Assembly: GCF_018977255.1 (NCBI RefSeq)
Contig: NW_024704748.1
Coordinates: 16,058,001-16,122,000 of the forward strand
Source: Callorhinchus milii
Taxonomy: Eukaryota
DNA: 64,000 nt
Reading direction: 5' to 3'
Positions 24,111 through 36,255 of the stretch are shown one piece after another. How positions within the stretch are numbered: position 1 is the stretch's first letter; each line of letters opens with the position of its first letter. The translations under genes and the position numbers were made by a program. The notes below the pieces were generated by a model, which ran no database searches, was not told where the DNA came from, and was given only the letters and a program-made list of their open reading frames with translations.

Positions 24111-24756
24111 CTGTACATAGAATTTAAATGAAATGCAATTTATTTTGTACTTTGTGCCTTGAATTAAATTACTGTTGTTCTGACTGAGATCTCAGGATAC
24201 TGTTGCTGTATTGTAATGTACTGCAAAAGGAGTCAGGAATCCATGGCTGGTGTATTAAATTCTGTATTGGGAAACTGCACTTGTACCAGATGAGTGGGGG
24301 GTTGAGGAAGATGTAATACATTCATTGGCAAAGCAGGCAGACTGTTGAATGACAGACTCTGTAGAAAGTTTAGATGGCATTTCATATCATACTGATAGAG
24401 CTTTAAGCATAGAACGTAGTAATAAATATATTAAAATTAAGAGAGGGATTGCCAATTAGATTAAGAACTGAGAAATGAATTGGCATTAGGCACAGGCCTG
24501 AGAAATGAATTGTAGACTGAAGGCATTGTGTTGATAAATAAAACAGACAATTAAGAATGATAAACACAAATCATGAAACACAACAGAATCTTTCTCAACA
24601 GTGCACATGTGGGGGTGATCAGAAATGTTTGGGAGACACTTTCTTATTTCTTAACAGAAACCAGAAAAAAGCAAGGATTTTCTAAATCAATTATGATTGT
24701 TAAAGGAATATACAGTCATTGTTTTGGTCAGCTGAAACACCATACAAAAAGCCAAG

Positions 24757-24944
24757 CCCACCACCATGCTTAAGAGTATCCAAACTACTCTAAGTTCCAT
24801 GCATGCAACCTACACATGAAAATTCCCATATTTGGGCTGTCCGCACTCTCTCCCTGGAGAGTATTAAGCGCAGGTTGACAAGAGACAAGGTTTTGGAACC
24901 CCAGAGTGTGCATTAAGATTTTACTGGAGTTTAACCAGCTAAAA
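24757..24944. repeat. Unnamed ancient repeat, copy 1
   Basis: Shares colinear blocks with 26299-26458 (aagag.atccaaac, agttccatgc, gagagtatta, taaccagctaaaa). Confidence 0.65.
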
Positions 24945-26298
24945 TGGTATAGCTGCCATGGAGAGCACTAATTAGGTCTATTTACAGCCCATTACAATTA
25001 AAGGCATATTTTCTAAGACAGACACTAATGAACAAAATTATACAGCAATAATGAATTTTAAACCACCTCCAGCAGCTCAGTTACCCACAGCCCTTTTTAA
25101 ATGAGCAAGCCACGATTCCATTTGGTTTAAAAAAATTCTCCCTTGCATTATCTGAGACAACGTTGTAAAATTATTTTCCTAGGTATCAAAGTTGATGGTA
25201 AATACTCCCTATAGCATTCTCTGATGACATCACGTATCTTGACTAGAACATATACTTGGATTAATATTTGGTTCTGAAACAGATTGATGAGTTAAGCAGA
25301 TATGTGAGTTAAAAAGTATATGGGTGTTTGTCTAAGAATGAGCAGACTATGTAAAAAAATAATAGCAGTTACCATCTACATTAAAGCCATCCACAGCAGT
25401 AATATTGAATCTCCTGTGTTGGATGAAGCTGTGATTACTTACTAAAAGTGGCACCACACTTGGACCCATTTCAACAGAATTGTTTCACAGAAGAAAGCAA
25501 GAAAAGGATATGAATGTTATTACTAATTATTTTAAAAGTTTGATTTTTGAGAGTAACTGATAGCAACATGCTTTAGACTGATTTTTGCATTCCTTCTCAA
25601 CTTAATACATTTCTAATCCCTTGGGCTGACACAAACTCTATGAAATTGAATTTTTAAATTGGTTAAAAATATTAGTCACCTAGGAATATTGCATTTAAAA
25701 GTAATGGGCTTTTAAGCAATTTAGGAAATGTGCATCAATGACTACAATTTAAATAGTACCCACCACCCACCCTGTACTGTTAGAACATATTTTAATTCTG
25801 TCTAGTTGATCCCTGGTGGAAGAAAGCTGAGTTAATTTGGAGGTAATCAGGGTGAATTTAATAGAAAGTTACTAGAAATGTGCCTGTAGAAAGGGAACGA
25901 TTTCTAAAGTATAGGAATTGATGTCTCCTGACCAAAACACAGCCAAGTGCAAATGCTTGTACGTTTGTCATTTATTACTCTCCTCACTTTTTGTTTCCTA
26001 TCTGAATCATACTTCTGTTTTTTGCCTCTGTTTTTACATCAGTGTGGATGCCTGCCTTATCTTAGTGTTGAGCTAAATTTCAGGTCTGACCCTTTAACCT
26101 TATCCATGACTGACATCATGGTGCATTTATGCAACTTATTTTCCAAGGCATGCACACAGAGTCATTCTTATGTCTGTTTCCTTCTAAAAAAAAATCTTGT
26201 TGTCGTTCTGGGCTTTCAACAAATTATAATGTTCCCTCACTCCTGTATGTTTGGACAGGAGTAATACTTTTTTGGGGGGCAGGAACCACTTGTGGAAA

Positions 26299-26458
26299 CC
26301 CATCAGCACGCTAAAGAGAATCCAAACAAAACTAAGAGTTCCATGCTTCCCACCTGGACATATAACAGATCACGTTTACCTAATTCCAGAGAGTATTAGA
26401 TGAGCCAAGACTTGGGGACCAAAGTGTTCAGATACTGCTGCAGTCTAACCAGCTAAAA
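26299..26458. repeat. Unnamed ancient repeat, copy 2
   Basis: Direct-orientation homologue of 24757-24944. Confidence 0.65.
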
Positions 26459-27002
26459 GTATTGTCTGGCAAGCTATCTCGCTACTTGTCAAGCTAAGAC
26501 CACCCTACCTGTTGGTGCTTTGGCTTACAGGATTCACGGGAGCTGAGTGGGAAGAATTTACATATACTTCCTTACCACATTCTCCTTGACTGTTTTTAAC
26601 TGTGATTTAAAGTGTTTGGAGATAATTCATTTTGACAAATTGTTTCCTTCACTGAAACCTCTACTACAACTTGACCTCTAGATGGGGGAAAGATCATATC
26701 ACTCTTCGGAGGCATCGGGTGTTAAACTCCTGAAGAAACTGTCTCAGTGACATTTCCCTGGTGGATGATGCACTTATCTTAGGGTAATGCTGAGGATAAA
26801 TCAAAACTGACTGAAGACCACACCACAGGGAACCAATCTTACAGTCAATTGAGAGAAGCCAAGCAACAAAGTGTAAGAATTTTTTTTTCAAAAAGAACTA
26901 AAATAGTTCAATACATTTTAAAATGGCACACCCAATGACTTCACTGAATGATTCAGTGGAAATTATGCTGCTTATACAGGAAGGTAAATGAATAATAGAT
27001 AT

Positions 27003-27416
27003 TAATTCTTGCATTCAATATAGCGCCTTTTATGTTAGGAGGACATCTCAAAGTGCTTCACAGAATTTCTCTTAAATTGTAGTGACCCTGCATTTTGTAG
27101 ATGAAGGTAGTAGCCAATTTGCACGCAGCAAGTGCAAAAACAGCTTTTGAAGTGAATAATCAATTTTATTTTGTAGATTGTTGGCCAGAACACCAGAAGC
27201 TCACTTAATGCTATGGGATCATTAACATCCACCTGAACTGGCAGACATGACCTCAGTTAAAAGTCTGATCAGAAGGGTGGCATCTCCAACAATGCAGGGC
27301 TGTGCCACGACAGCATTGATGTGTCAGCATAGACTGCAAGTTCAAATTGCTGATGTGACGGTTTGAACCCTTCTGTCTCAGAAGCGAAAGAGCTACCAAC
27401 TGAGTCAGGCTGACAC
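27003..27416 (-). mobile_element. DeuSINE (family B), near full length
   Basis: Tail cttgcattcaatatagcgcc, Deu-domain tgggatcattaacatccacctgaac, head tttgaacccttctgtctcagaagcg. Confidence 0.75.
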
Positions 27417-27932
27417 CAATTAATTAAAGTACTATGCTGTGACCCTGTGTTTCTAGCATGGTCCTAACCATAAGAATAAAAAAAACAGCTGGATCATTAA
27501 CTAAAGCTTTATGTAACAGCTTCAATGCTAAGGAGTAATTGGACTGAGCAGCACTAAAGGGCATGGTGGTAGAAGAGGATATACTCACATTGGCAGTATA
27601 TTACAAGCCTGTGATAACTCCATTTTCTGTTCTGTGCAAAGCAGAGCACTTCTTACTGTATCCTATTGTATTGCCAGCACAATCAATTTGCAAACAATGC
27701 CATAATAAATTTGTACTGTTCCTGGTTGACCACTTCAATCCCCTCATAAGTGAGTGCACAGATCAATTTGGCCTCAACTTGTTGGGGTTCTCTGTACGCA
27801 TATGGTCAAGATACAACGCTTCGCTGGTAACTTTGGAGAGCTCTTTTATTAATGCTTTGATAAACTCCATATAATTTAGTGCACCTGAGAAAATCTATGC
27901 TTTGGCTAATAAATGATTAAATCTTTAATCCT

Positions 27933-28598
27933 GTGGAGTCCTTTAGTGGTTAGAGCACTTGCCTTGCAAGTGAGAGGACCTGGGTTCAATTCCCGGGCAG
28001 GGCGAAACATTGGGCAAGTTTCTTGAATCCACATGCCTCTGTTCACCTAGCAGTAAGTAGGAACCTTCTTGTTAGTCCCCAGTTATCCTTCCTCCCCCAC
28101 ATCTGACCCCTGACCAGCACCGCTTTCTTCCACCTCCGCCTCATTGCCTATCTCCAACAATATCTCACAATCCCTTGTCCATGCCTTTGTCACCTCTCAG
28201 CTGGACTACTCTAACGCCCTCCTCCCTCAACCCTTTTGCCTCGCCCCCTCATCTTCAGGTCGCATCTGAAGACCTTCCTCTTTGACCGCGCATATGTTCA
28301 CCTTCCCCCTCCCCCTGGCTTGGCCATGGGCTCCGCCATTGTTAAGTGCTCCGAGACGCCGCCCAGAGTGGAGAGCGCTATATCAATGCAAGTTGTTATT
28401 GTTGTTAATCGATTGACAGATCGCTTTTCCAACCGATATAATCCACAACTGTTTTTGGGACACTGCTGTGCACAATTAGCTACCGTGTTTCATTCACAAA
28501 ATATAAAGTCAATTCACTTTACAGTATGATCTGTGAAGCGCTTTGAGACATCTCAAAGACATAATAAGGCGCTATGACAAATGCAATTATTATTATTA
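27933..28598 (+). mobile_element. Family A SINE, long subfamily, split by an L2 insertion
   Basis: Head runs to ttgttagtc (28069-28077) and resumes after ttgttaatc (28402-28410) with gattgacagatcgcttttcc, as in the uninterrupted copy at 30447. Confidence 0.85.
28078..28406 (+). mobile_element. 5'-truncated, internally deleted L2 nested in the SINE
   Basis: LSFLPHI...LVHAFVTSQLDYSNALL joined directly to HLKTFLFDRAY and a (gtt)n tail; homologous to 36256-36947. Confidence 0.85.
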
Positions 28599-29422
28599 AA
28601 AGATTTTATGTTTCTAATACACTAATATATTGGATGATGTGGGTTATGGATAGCGCTGCTAATCAGTAATTACATCAGTGCTGCATATCCAATTACAAAA
28701 TCCACATACAAGTGCTATTATATAGTCAAAAATTGTCCATTTCACAGAAAGAATCAACTATATTCTAGTTTCTAAAATACTCAGAAAGGATTTAAATTTT
28801 ACAGGCATGGACATTATTGGTAATGTGTGACATGACGTTGTAACCCTCTGATAATCCTGGATTAAAAAAACTGTTCCTGGACATAATATGAACAAAGCTT
28901 TGATTCCTGTACAATTGCAGAATAATTTCCTTATTATTTCATAATGTGAAACACACGGCAATTTTATTCAGCTGTTGGTGCATCATGAGAGCTACTTGGA
29001 CAGTTTAATAAATGAATTGCCATATCCTATAAACCTCCACAATAATGGTCCCTCCAAGCTTCCATGTTTTAAAGGAAATATATATCATAAAAAGTTAAAT
29101 ATGGGAGCAAATCAGTATGGAACATTATTTTAAGTTGAATGTTTATTTAATGTTTATGAACAATTTTGAGTTTGCCACTGGGACCAATTGACTTAGTGAA
29201 AACTGACTGACTCTGTATTGTTCTAATGTGATGTATGTAAGACCTATGCAAAACTAGAATATTATTTCTTAGAAAAATTCTTCTTCCATCTCTACCCATC
29301 TATGTGACCATAATTGTAGTTAAGAACAAATTTTCTTTTAAAGATGTGCTTCTGCTGTTATGATTATGTTTTCAATAGAAGTTGATATTGTCATTGTGAA
29401 TTTGATGGATGAGAACACATCT

Positions 29423-29746
29423 AATAATAATAATAATAATAATCCTTGCATTTGATATAGCGCTTTTCACGTTGGGAGGAGGTCCCAAAGCGCTTCACAG
29501 AACACACTGTAAAGTGAATTGACTGTATATTTGTGGGCGAACGCGGCAGCCAATTGCGCACAGCAATGTCCCACAAACAGTCGTGGATTGAAAATGACCA
29601 ATTAATTATTGTTTTTGGTTTTGGAGGGATTATTATTAGGCGTGTGGAGTAAGGAAACTTGCCCAAGGTTTCGCCCTGCCTGGAATTGAACTCAGGTCTC
29701 TCGCTTGCAAAGCGAGTGCTCTAACCACTGAGCTACAGGACTCCAC
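29423..29746 (-). mobile_element. Family A SINE, short subfamily, full length, with target site duplication (TSD)
   Basis: Flanked by cacatct at 29416-29422 and 29744-29750 (the cac overlaps the SINE end). Anticodon stem ctcgc/gcgag is intact. Confidence 0.95.
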
Positions 29747-30446
29747 ATCTTATCTAATTGAAAGACGTAGTCAACTTATCAACATGCACAATAATAAAAT
29801 TCGCTGGGCCTTGGCGGTAAAACCATTCATAAATGATATGTGCACAATCCTAAGAAACCACTTTATTAGCAAGCTGCAAAACAGTTGGAAAGTCATTCAA
29901 TATACCACAGATTCCTTGTCACAGTGTATCACTATCTCCTCAAAACAAAATGGCATTATGCTTCCTTTGGATATCTGAGTTACATGATCAACAAACCACT
30001 GTACATATGTAGAAAAGCTAGATAGACTTCAGTGTCTAATCCCAGAATAATGCTCAGACGTAGGTGTAATTAATTGTGACAGTAAGTCAGTCACTGTAAG
30101 TATATAGAAACTGACATTAAAACATGCACAAATCATACAGTATCAGAAAATGAACAGACAGTTTGTACTCATTGCATACAAGAGCTGATTTTTAGTTATG
30201 TATGAACCATACAAAAATAGGCGCAAGTAAATGATTACCTCTTACAAGGTTAGTATTGTGCATATGCAGGAATCATTCCTGAGATGTACATGAATTATAG
30301 AAATAGAAATGAGTGTTTGACAACTTTTACCCAGTGTACTACGTGTCCAAGAATTGGCGTTAAACCAAAACAGTACCCCATTTGTGTGATATGGTTTACT
30401 TGGTAATTATTGTACATGTACTGAGAACTTGCATTGAGCTGTACAA

Positions 30447-30742
30447 CAGGGCGAAATGTTGGGCAAGTTTCCTTACTCCACATATCTCTGTTTACCTAGC
30501 AGTAAGTAGGAACCCAGTTGTTAGTTTATTGGCAGATCGCTTTTCCGGGGGAAACAATTCCTTAGAAAAATTATTTAATAAATTGGTCACTTCATGACTA
30601 TTTGTGGGTCACTGCTGTGCGCAATTGGCTGCCGTGTTTCTCCCACAAAACATACAGTCACTATTCTTTACAGTATATTCTGTGAGTGCTTTCAGACATC
30701 TCAAAGACAAGGCACTATATCAAATGCAAGGATTATTATTAT
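30447..30742 (+). mobile_element. Family A SINE, long subfamily, 5'-truncated
   Basis: Carries ctgtttacctagcagtaagtaggaacc...gatcgcttttccggggg, which the short copies lack. Confidence 0.88.
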
Positions 30743-30904
30743 CCTAACTCAAATATCAGTGAATGATCAAGTAACTGTACATTTATAGCAATTTGTATTT
30801 AATCATCCTTAAGCCATAGTTAGAACGCAGTAGTGTGGGTCCATAAAAATCCAATTTGCCTTATACTGGAGCATAGTTGCCACTCAGTGCTTCTGGATGT
30901 GCTG

Positions 30905-30982
30905 CACTTGCCTGCAGTTGGGCTTCAACCCACACCCTTCTGACTTAGAGGCAACAGTGCTACCAACCGAGCCAGGCTAACA
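30905..30982 (-). mobile_element. DeuSINE tRNA-like head fragment
   Basis: caacccacacccttctgacttagaggcaacagtgctaccaaccgagcca, similar to 27360-27416. Confidence 0.6.
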
Positions 30983-31784
30983 GTGGGTTGTCATCTGGAC
31001 CCACTTTTTAAAACATAATGGTGATCTTCATTCATTTTGAATTTTCAGATTGTATATCACAGAGCAAAAGCTTTCCAGTCATATCCCTTAAAAATAAATT
31101 CTCAGCGCAATTTGCTCGAGAGAAAACTGGCTTCTGCATAATCTGAAATATTATTAAAATTAGCAAGAAATTGTAAGTGCCCCTATGGTATCAATTATAG
31201 AAAACTGTTCAGAATACATCATCTCTTAGCATTGAATTTACCAGGAGAGCTTTCTACACAATTTGTATTTACTGAATGCATATTTATTACCATAGTACAA
31301 AGGAACACTGGGGACTGTACCTGTATCTCATTTTATACATTTTCAATAAAATTGTGATTTAATTTTTCTTTCACATTTGTCTTGCCTTTCGATTAAAAGC
31401 TATTGATGTTGTTCCAACATTTCCCTTAAGCAGTTATTTAGCTCTTATTGAAATCTAAGTAATGTTCTGTTTAGTAGCAAAATTATTGGGTTTCTCACAA
31501 CTATGCAACAGATCAACTAGTGAAACTATATCTCTTGTTAACAGGTGCCACGTTATTGTAAAGCATAAATGTTGAACCCATTATTGGATAGTATCAGTTA
31601 ACTAACAACTGTTATAGGCTATATTTTGATTTTTAAACACTGTGGGGGTGATGAACAGTATGAACTGTACAACTGGTGTGATTTGTCCCTCAATGTGAAG
31701 AGTTGCAACTGATTGCACATTCCTCAAGTCTTGAGTGGCCTTTGTTCTCTCTTCAGTCTGCACACTTTCCTCAGCTGGACCACA

Positions 31785-31868
31785 TTGAGTTCTGATGAAA
31801 GGTCACACCTGAAGCACATTTTCTATTCAGGTGTTGATGGGCCTGCTGTGAATTACCAGCATTTTGCA
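31785..31868 (+). mobile_element. Terminal motif of a common chondrichthyan repeat (probably Penelope-like)
   Basis: ttctgatgaaaggtca..cctgaa...cctgctgtgaattaccagcatttt, with a related reversed piece near 6492-6530. Family assignment is from memory. Confidence 0.4.
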
Positions 31869-32065
31869 GCACTTAACACAAAGAGGTACTTCTTCCTCCT
31901 CAATCACCAAAGACTTGCTGCCTTAACTCTGCAGACTTTGAAATAGAAGAATTTGTGGGTCTAAAATGATCTTGGTTTTGTTGAATCAGTATTGGATGAT
32001 GCACAAATTGAAGGACTCAGTGAAAGTAAGTATTTTATATGTGAGGAAACTGGCTGTATTATAAT

Positions 32066-33275
32066 TCATAGAATCATAGAATCGTACAGCACAAAAAGAG
32101 GCCCATCGAGTTTCTGCCGGCACTTTGAATAGAGCAATTAATGTCAATCCCGCTCCCCAGCCCTTTCCCCATAACCCTGCAAATCCGTCCTCCTCAAATA
32201 CCCGTCCACCGTGTTTTTAAAAGTTGTTATCGGCCTCGACCACCCTTTCAGGCAATGCGTTCCAGATTCGAACAACTCACTGCGTGAAAAAATTTCTTCT
32301 CACCTCCCCACTGCTTCTTTTAGAGACTATTTTGAATCTGTGACCTGAGTCACCGACACACCCACCAGTGGAAACAGTTTTTCCCTTTCTAACCTATCAA
32401 ATGCCCTCATGATTTTGAAGACCTCTATTAGGTCTTCTCTGCTCCAATGAGAATAATCCCAGCCTCACTAGCCTTTCCTCATAATCAAGGTCCCTCATTC
32501 CTGGTACCATCCTCGTAAATCTCCTCTGCACCCTTTCCAATGCCTTAACATCCTTTCCACAGTGTGGTGCCCAGAACTGGGCGCAGTATTCTAACTGAGG
32601 CCTAACCAGTGTTTTATATAATAATAATAATAATAATCCTTGCATTTGATATAGCGCTTTTCACGTTGGGAGGACGTCCCAAAGCGCTTCACAGAACACA
32701 CTGTAAAGTGAATTGACTGTATATTTGTGGGCGAACGTGGCAGCCAATTGCGCACAGCAATGTCCCACAAGCAGTCGTAGATTGAAAATGACCAATTTGT
32801 TATTGTTTATGGTTTTGGAGGGATTATTATTATGCTCTGTGTGGAGTAAGGAAACTTGCCCATGGTTTCGCCCTGACCTGCCGGGGATTGAACTCAGGTC
32901 TCTCACTTGCACTGAGCTACAGGACTCCACATATAGGTTAATCATAACCTTCTGACTCTTGTACTCTATGCCCCTATTTATAAAGCCTAGTATCCCATAT
33001 GCCCTTTTTACAGCTTTATCTACCTGTCCTGCCACCTTCAAGGATTCATTTACCTGCACCCCCAGGTCTCTCTGTTCTTTTACCCCCCCCTTAAGATTGT
33101 ATTACCAGCCTATATTGCCTCCCCTCATTCTTTCTACCAAAATACATTACCTTGGATTTCTCCACATTGAAACTCATCTGCCATGTGTCTGCCCATTTTA
33201 CCATACTGTCTATGTCTTCCTACAGTTGGCTACTATCCTTCTCACTGTTTACTACCCTACCTAACTTTGTGTCAT
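32066..33275 (-). mobile_element. 5'-truncated CR1 LINE interrupted by a SINE
   Basis: RT C-terminal peptides (AYGILGFINRGIEYKS...[19 protein letters not shown]...[11 protein letters not shown]) and a CR1 (attctatg)n tail at 32066-32085. Confidence 0.93.
32621..32930 (-). mobile_element. Family A SINE inserted in CR1, 5-bp TSD
   Basis: atata is duplicated at 32616-32620 and 32931-32935; removing the SINE and one copy restores INLYKTLVR. Confidence 0.95.
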
Positions 33276-34138
33276 AATTATCGAAGCATAACTGTTCCCA
33301 GAACAAGAAGATGGATTATTTTACTAATCTCAAAATATGGGTGAGGCTGGCAGCATTTGTTGCCCTGAGAAGGTGGTGGCCTTTAAACCATTGCAGTCTT
33401 TGTACTGATGTTTACTTTTCTGTCCATTTCTTCTTGAACAATCAAGATCATTTTACAAAAACTTGATATGGCATATGCTTGCATTATTGCAAGCAACATT
33501 TTGCCAAGCCAGAATTTGCTTGATTACATTTTGTTTTCTTGTTGAGTGCTATTTTGAGACACAACATTCTTATACTTTCAATAATTTGCAAACTAAATGA
33601 TAATGTTGCAACAATATTGACAACATCCATAATTGCAGTTTGGGGGCTTGTGCACCTGGAAATGCATTAAATGTTTCTGTAAATCGAATTCATGCCCAAA
33701 TAAAGCCAATGTTGAAAAAGATTATTTACTATGGAAGACAGTTTTGTTTACCAGTAATGAGAAGTGGGATGGAAAGTATTTTACATACTGGTTTATTTCT
33801 AGCAGAAGTTGTTAGATATTGAAGTTGAATTTGGACTGGATGATATTATTTTGTGCCTGTGGGAATATTTTGTGATTGTAAGCTGATAGAGAATATCAAA
33901 TGAACTTTGTTCTTTGCACTCGTATTACAGAGGCAGGGTGTTTCTCCACAGAGAGGAGAGACAATCACCAGACTTGTTAGCAGTGGATGTTTTTGGCAAG
34001 AGTAGTGGTAGTGCCCTGCTTCAGTGGTTTGCAGAGAGTGCAGTTCCGTGGAAAACAAAGCATGGCAGAAGAGAAAAATGCTTTTAAAATCATGAGAAAA
34101 AAATTGATTTGGAGAAGAACAAGACAGCACAAGATTAA

Positions 34139-34485
34139 ATAATAATAATTCTTGCAGTTGATATAGTGGTTTATCACATCAACAAAACGTCTCAAAGCGC
34201 TTCACAGAATTTACTGTAAAGTGTAGTGACTGGGTATATTGTAGATGAAAGTGGAAGCCAATTTTGGCACAGCAATGTTCTGCAAACAGTCATCAAGTGA
34301 ATGATCAATTTGATCTGGAAAAATGTTGGCCAGGACCCCAAAAGGAATTTCCTCCTGTTTTTCAAGTATTACCATGACATCTTTAATATCCATCTGAACC
34401 TCGGTTGAACATTTCAGCCAAGGGATGGCACCTTCAACAATGCAGTGCAACCCAGCACTGCACTGGCCTGTCAGCAGGCTGACAC
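34139..34485 (-). mobile_element. DeuSINE (family B), head missing
   Basis: Tail plus ttggccaggacccc...catctttaatatccatctgaacctcggttgaac...cagcactgcactgg. Confidence 0.75.
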
Positions 34486-36255
34486 TTACTAACACAATAA
34501 TTAATATGCTGTCCTGTGGAGAGATGGTTGCATTGCGCCACTTCTGTAATTTCAGTCTGTCTACAGAATATCTTCATATTCAGACTTTTGCCAAGAGTTC
34601 AGTTCATTGTGAAGAATTTAAAAAGTCTGCAGTTAGGCTTGTGATTGTTGTTGTAGGTTTTAATAAGAATTGTGGTTTTAGAGATTCAAAAAGCCTGACT
34701 TGGCTACTGAAATATTCTGCCACCCATTGCTCAAGCAATTTGACAGTCTGAATTGATGTGGTTCCTGTGAATTAATGAGAGAACATTTACAAATTGTTAG
34801 ACTGCCTAATTTAATTGAACTGCAGTATGAATTTAATGACAAATTACATTCACTAAATGGCTAATTAATACACTTGGCAGATGTTGGTATTTAAAACGTC
34901 TTGCGGGATTTCGCATTCTGTCAAAATATGCTTTTTTATTTTATTTTTATTCAGAATGAGGTACATTAACTTTCAGTTATGAATATTTCAGGTCAATTTG
35001 ACCAGTCAATCACGTCTCAGAGCTGCTGTTCAGCACATTTTTCTTCCTTGTTTCCTAGTTAATATTTGAACACCCTATGTTCAGACTACAAAGTTAAAAA
35101 GAATTCCTTTAGGAGAAAAATAATCTATATTCTGCCATTGTTGTTCTAGTTGTGCATTCCTGCAACTGGTGAATTATCAAGGCAGTATCCAAATTCTATC
35201 ACAACTGAAATGTGATTTTTTTTACTGTTGATCCAGGATTTCAGATCAACTGAACTTGCCCTAACCCCCCTTTTTCTCTTTGAAGAAAGCACTTGGCATT
35301 TGTTTCAATGCCTTTTCTGACGACTTGGCCAAGCTTGGGACCAAGCTGTGTTCAGAATGCCTGTTTTCTATCCCCACAAAAGTATAATATGTCAGGCTGT
35401 CCAAGAGATACAGATAATGAAGTGGATTCACCAAATATGTTATTGAAATGGGTATTTGCTGCATAAGAGATTCAGATCATAGAATTCAGAGAATAGAGAG
35501 CGATAAGATTGGACTAAGACGGGAGAAACTAAATTTAAAAAGTCAGGAGAAATCAACAGAAGTTTATGTAATAAATTAGAGGGCTGCCACTAGTGGAAAG
35601 TTTTCATTTCCTGCAAAGCAATTTATTTGATTTACACCTTGATTGCCACTATGTCAGTTGTAGGGGGGAACTACATGATGGAGCAGAGATGATTAATTTG
35701 CAGTGTAGAAATTGCAAGTCTTTGGCACTTGTGACTTATGAGGTCTGTCTCAAGAGTGAAATCAGTTCAGTAGTGTATCAATATCTGATACTCACACACT
35801 CATTTTTACATTAGAAAATGTTATAAAGATGTGTTTATGAGTAGTACACAAACTGGAGTTTCAGAGTCTTCTTTGCTACGGTGATGCTTAGTTCTTGGAA
35901 CTTAAGTGTGTAGAGCTTTATTTGGGAAATTAACTAAAGCAGGTCTTCAGTTTCAGTGCAACACTATATGTGGATAGAATCATGAAAGTTACCTTTTACA
36001 TTTCTACTATGTGAAATAAAAGTGGCAGAGATTTATTTTTCTCGTAAAAAATAACAGATGTTTTATGATGCACATCCCTGTTCATGTAACATGCACTGCT
36101 GTACTATTTCATTAGTAGAAATAAAATGGTTTTCTTCCAGCTATATTCATCTGTCTTAATGCATTCCACTGGCATTGTGGTTGAGAAGCTGAGAAATGCT
36201 TTTGAGCAGGAGATCTTCATCCAGTTGAGTCTTCTGACATCCTTTCTATCTGTGA

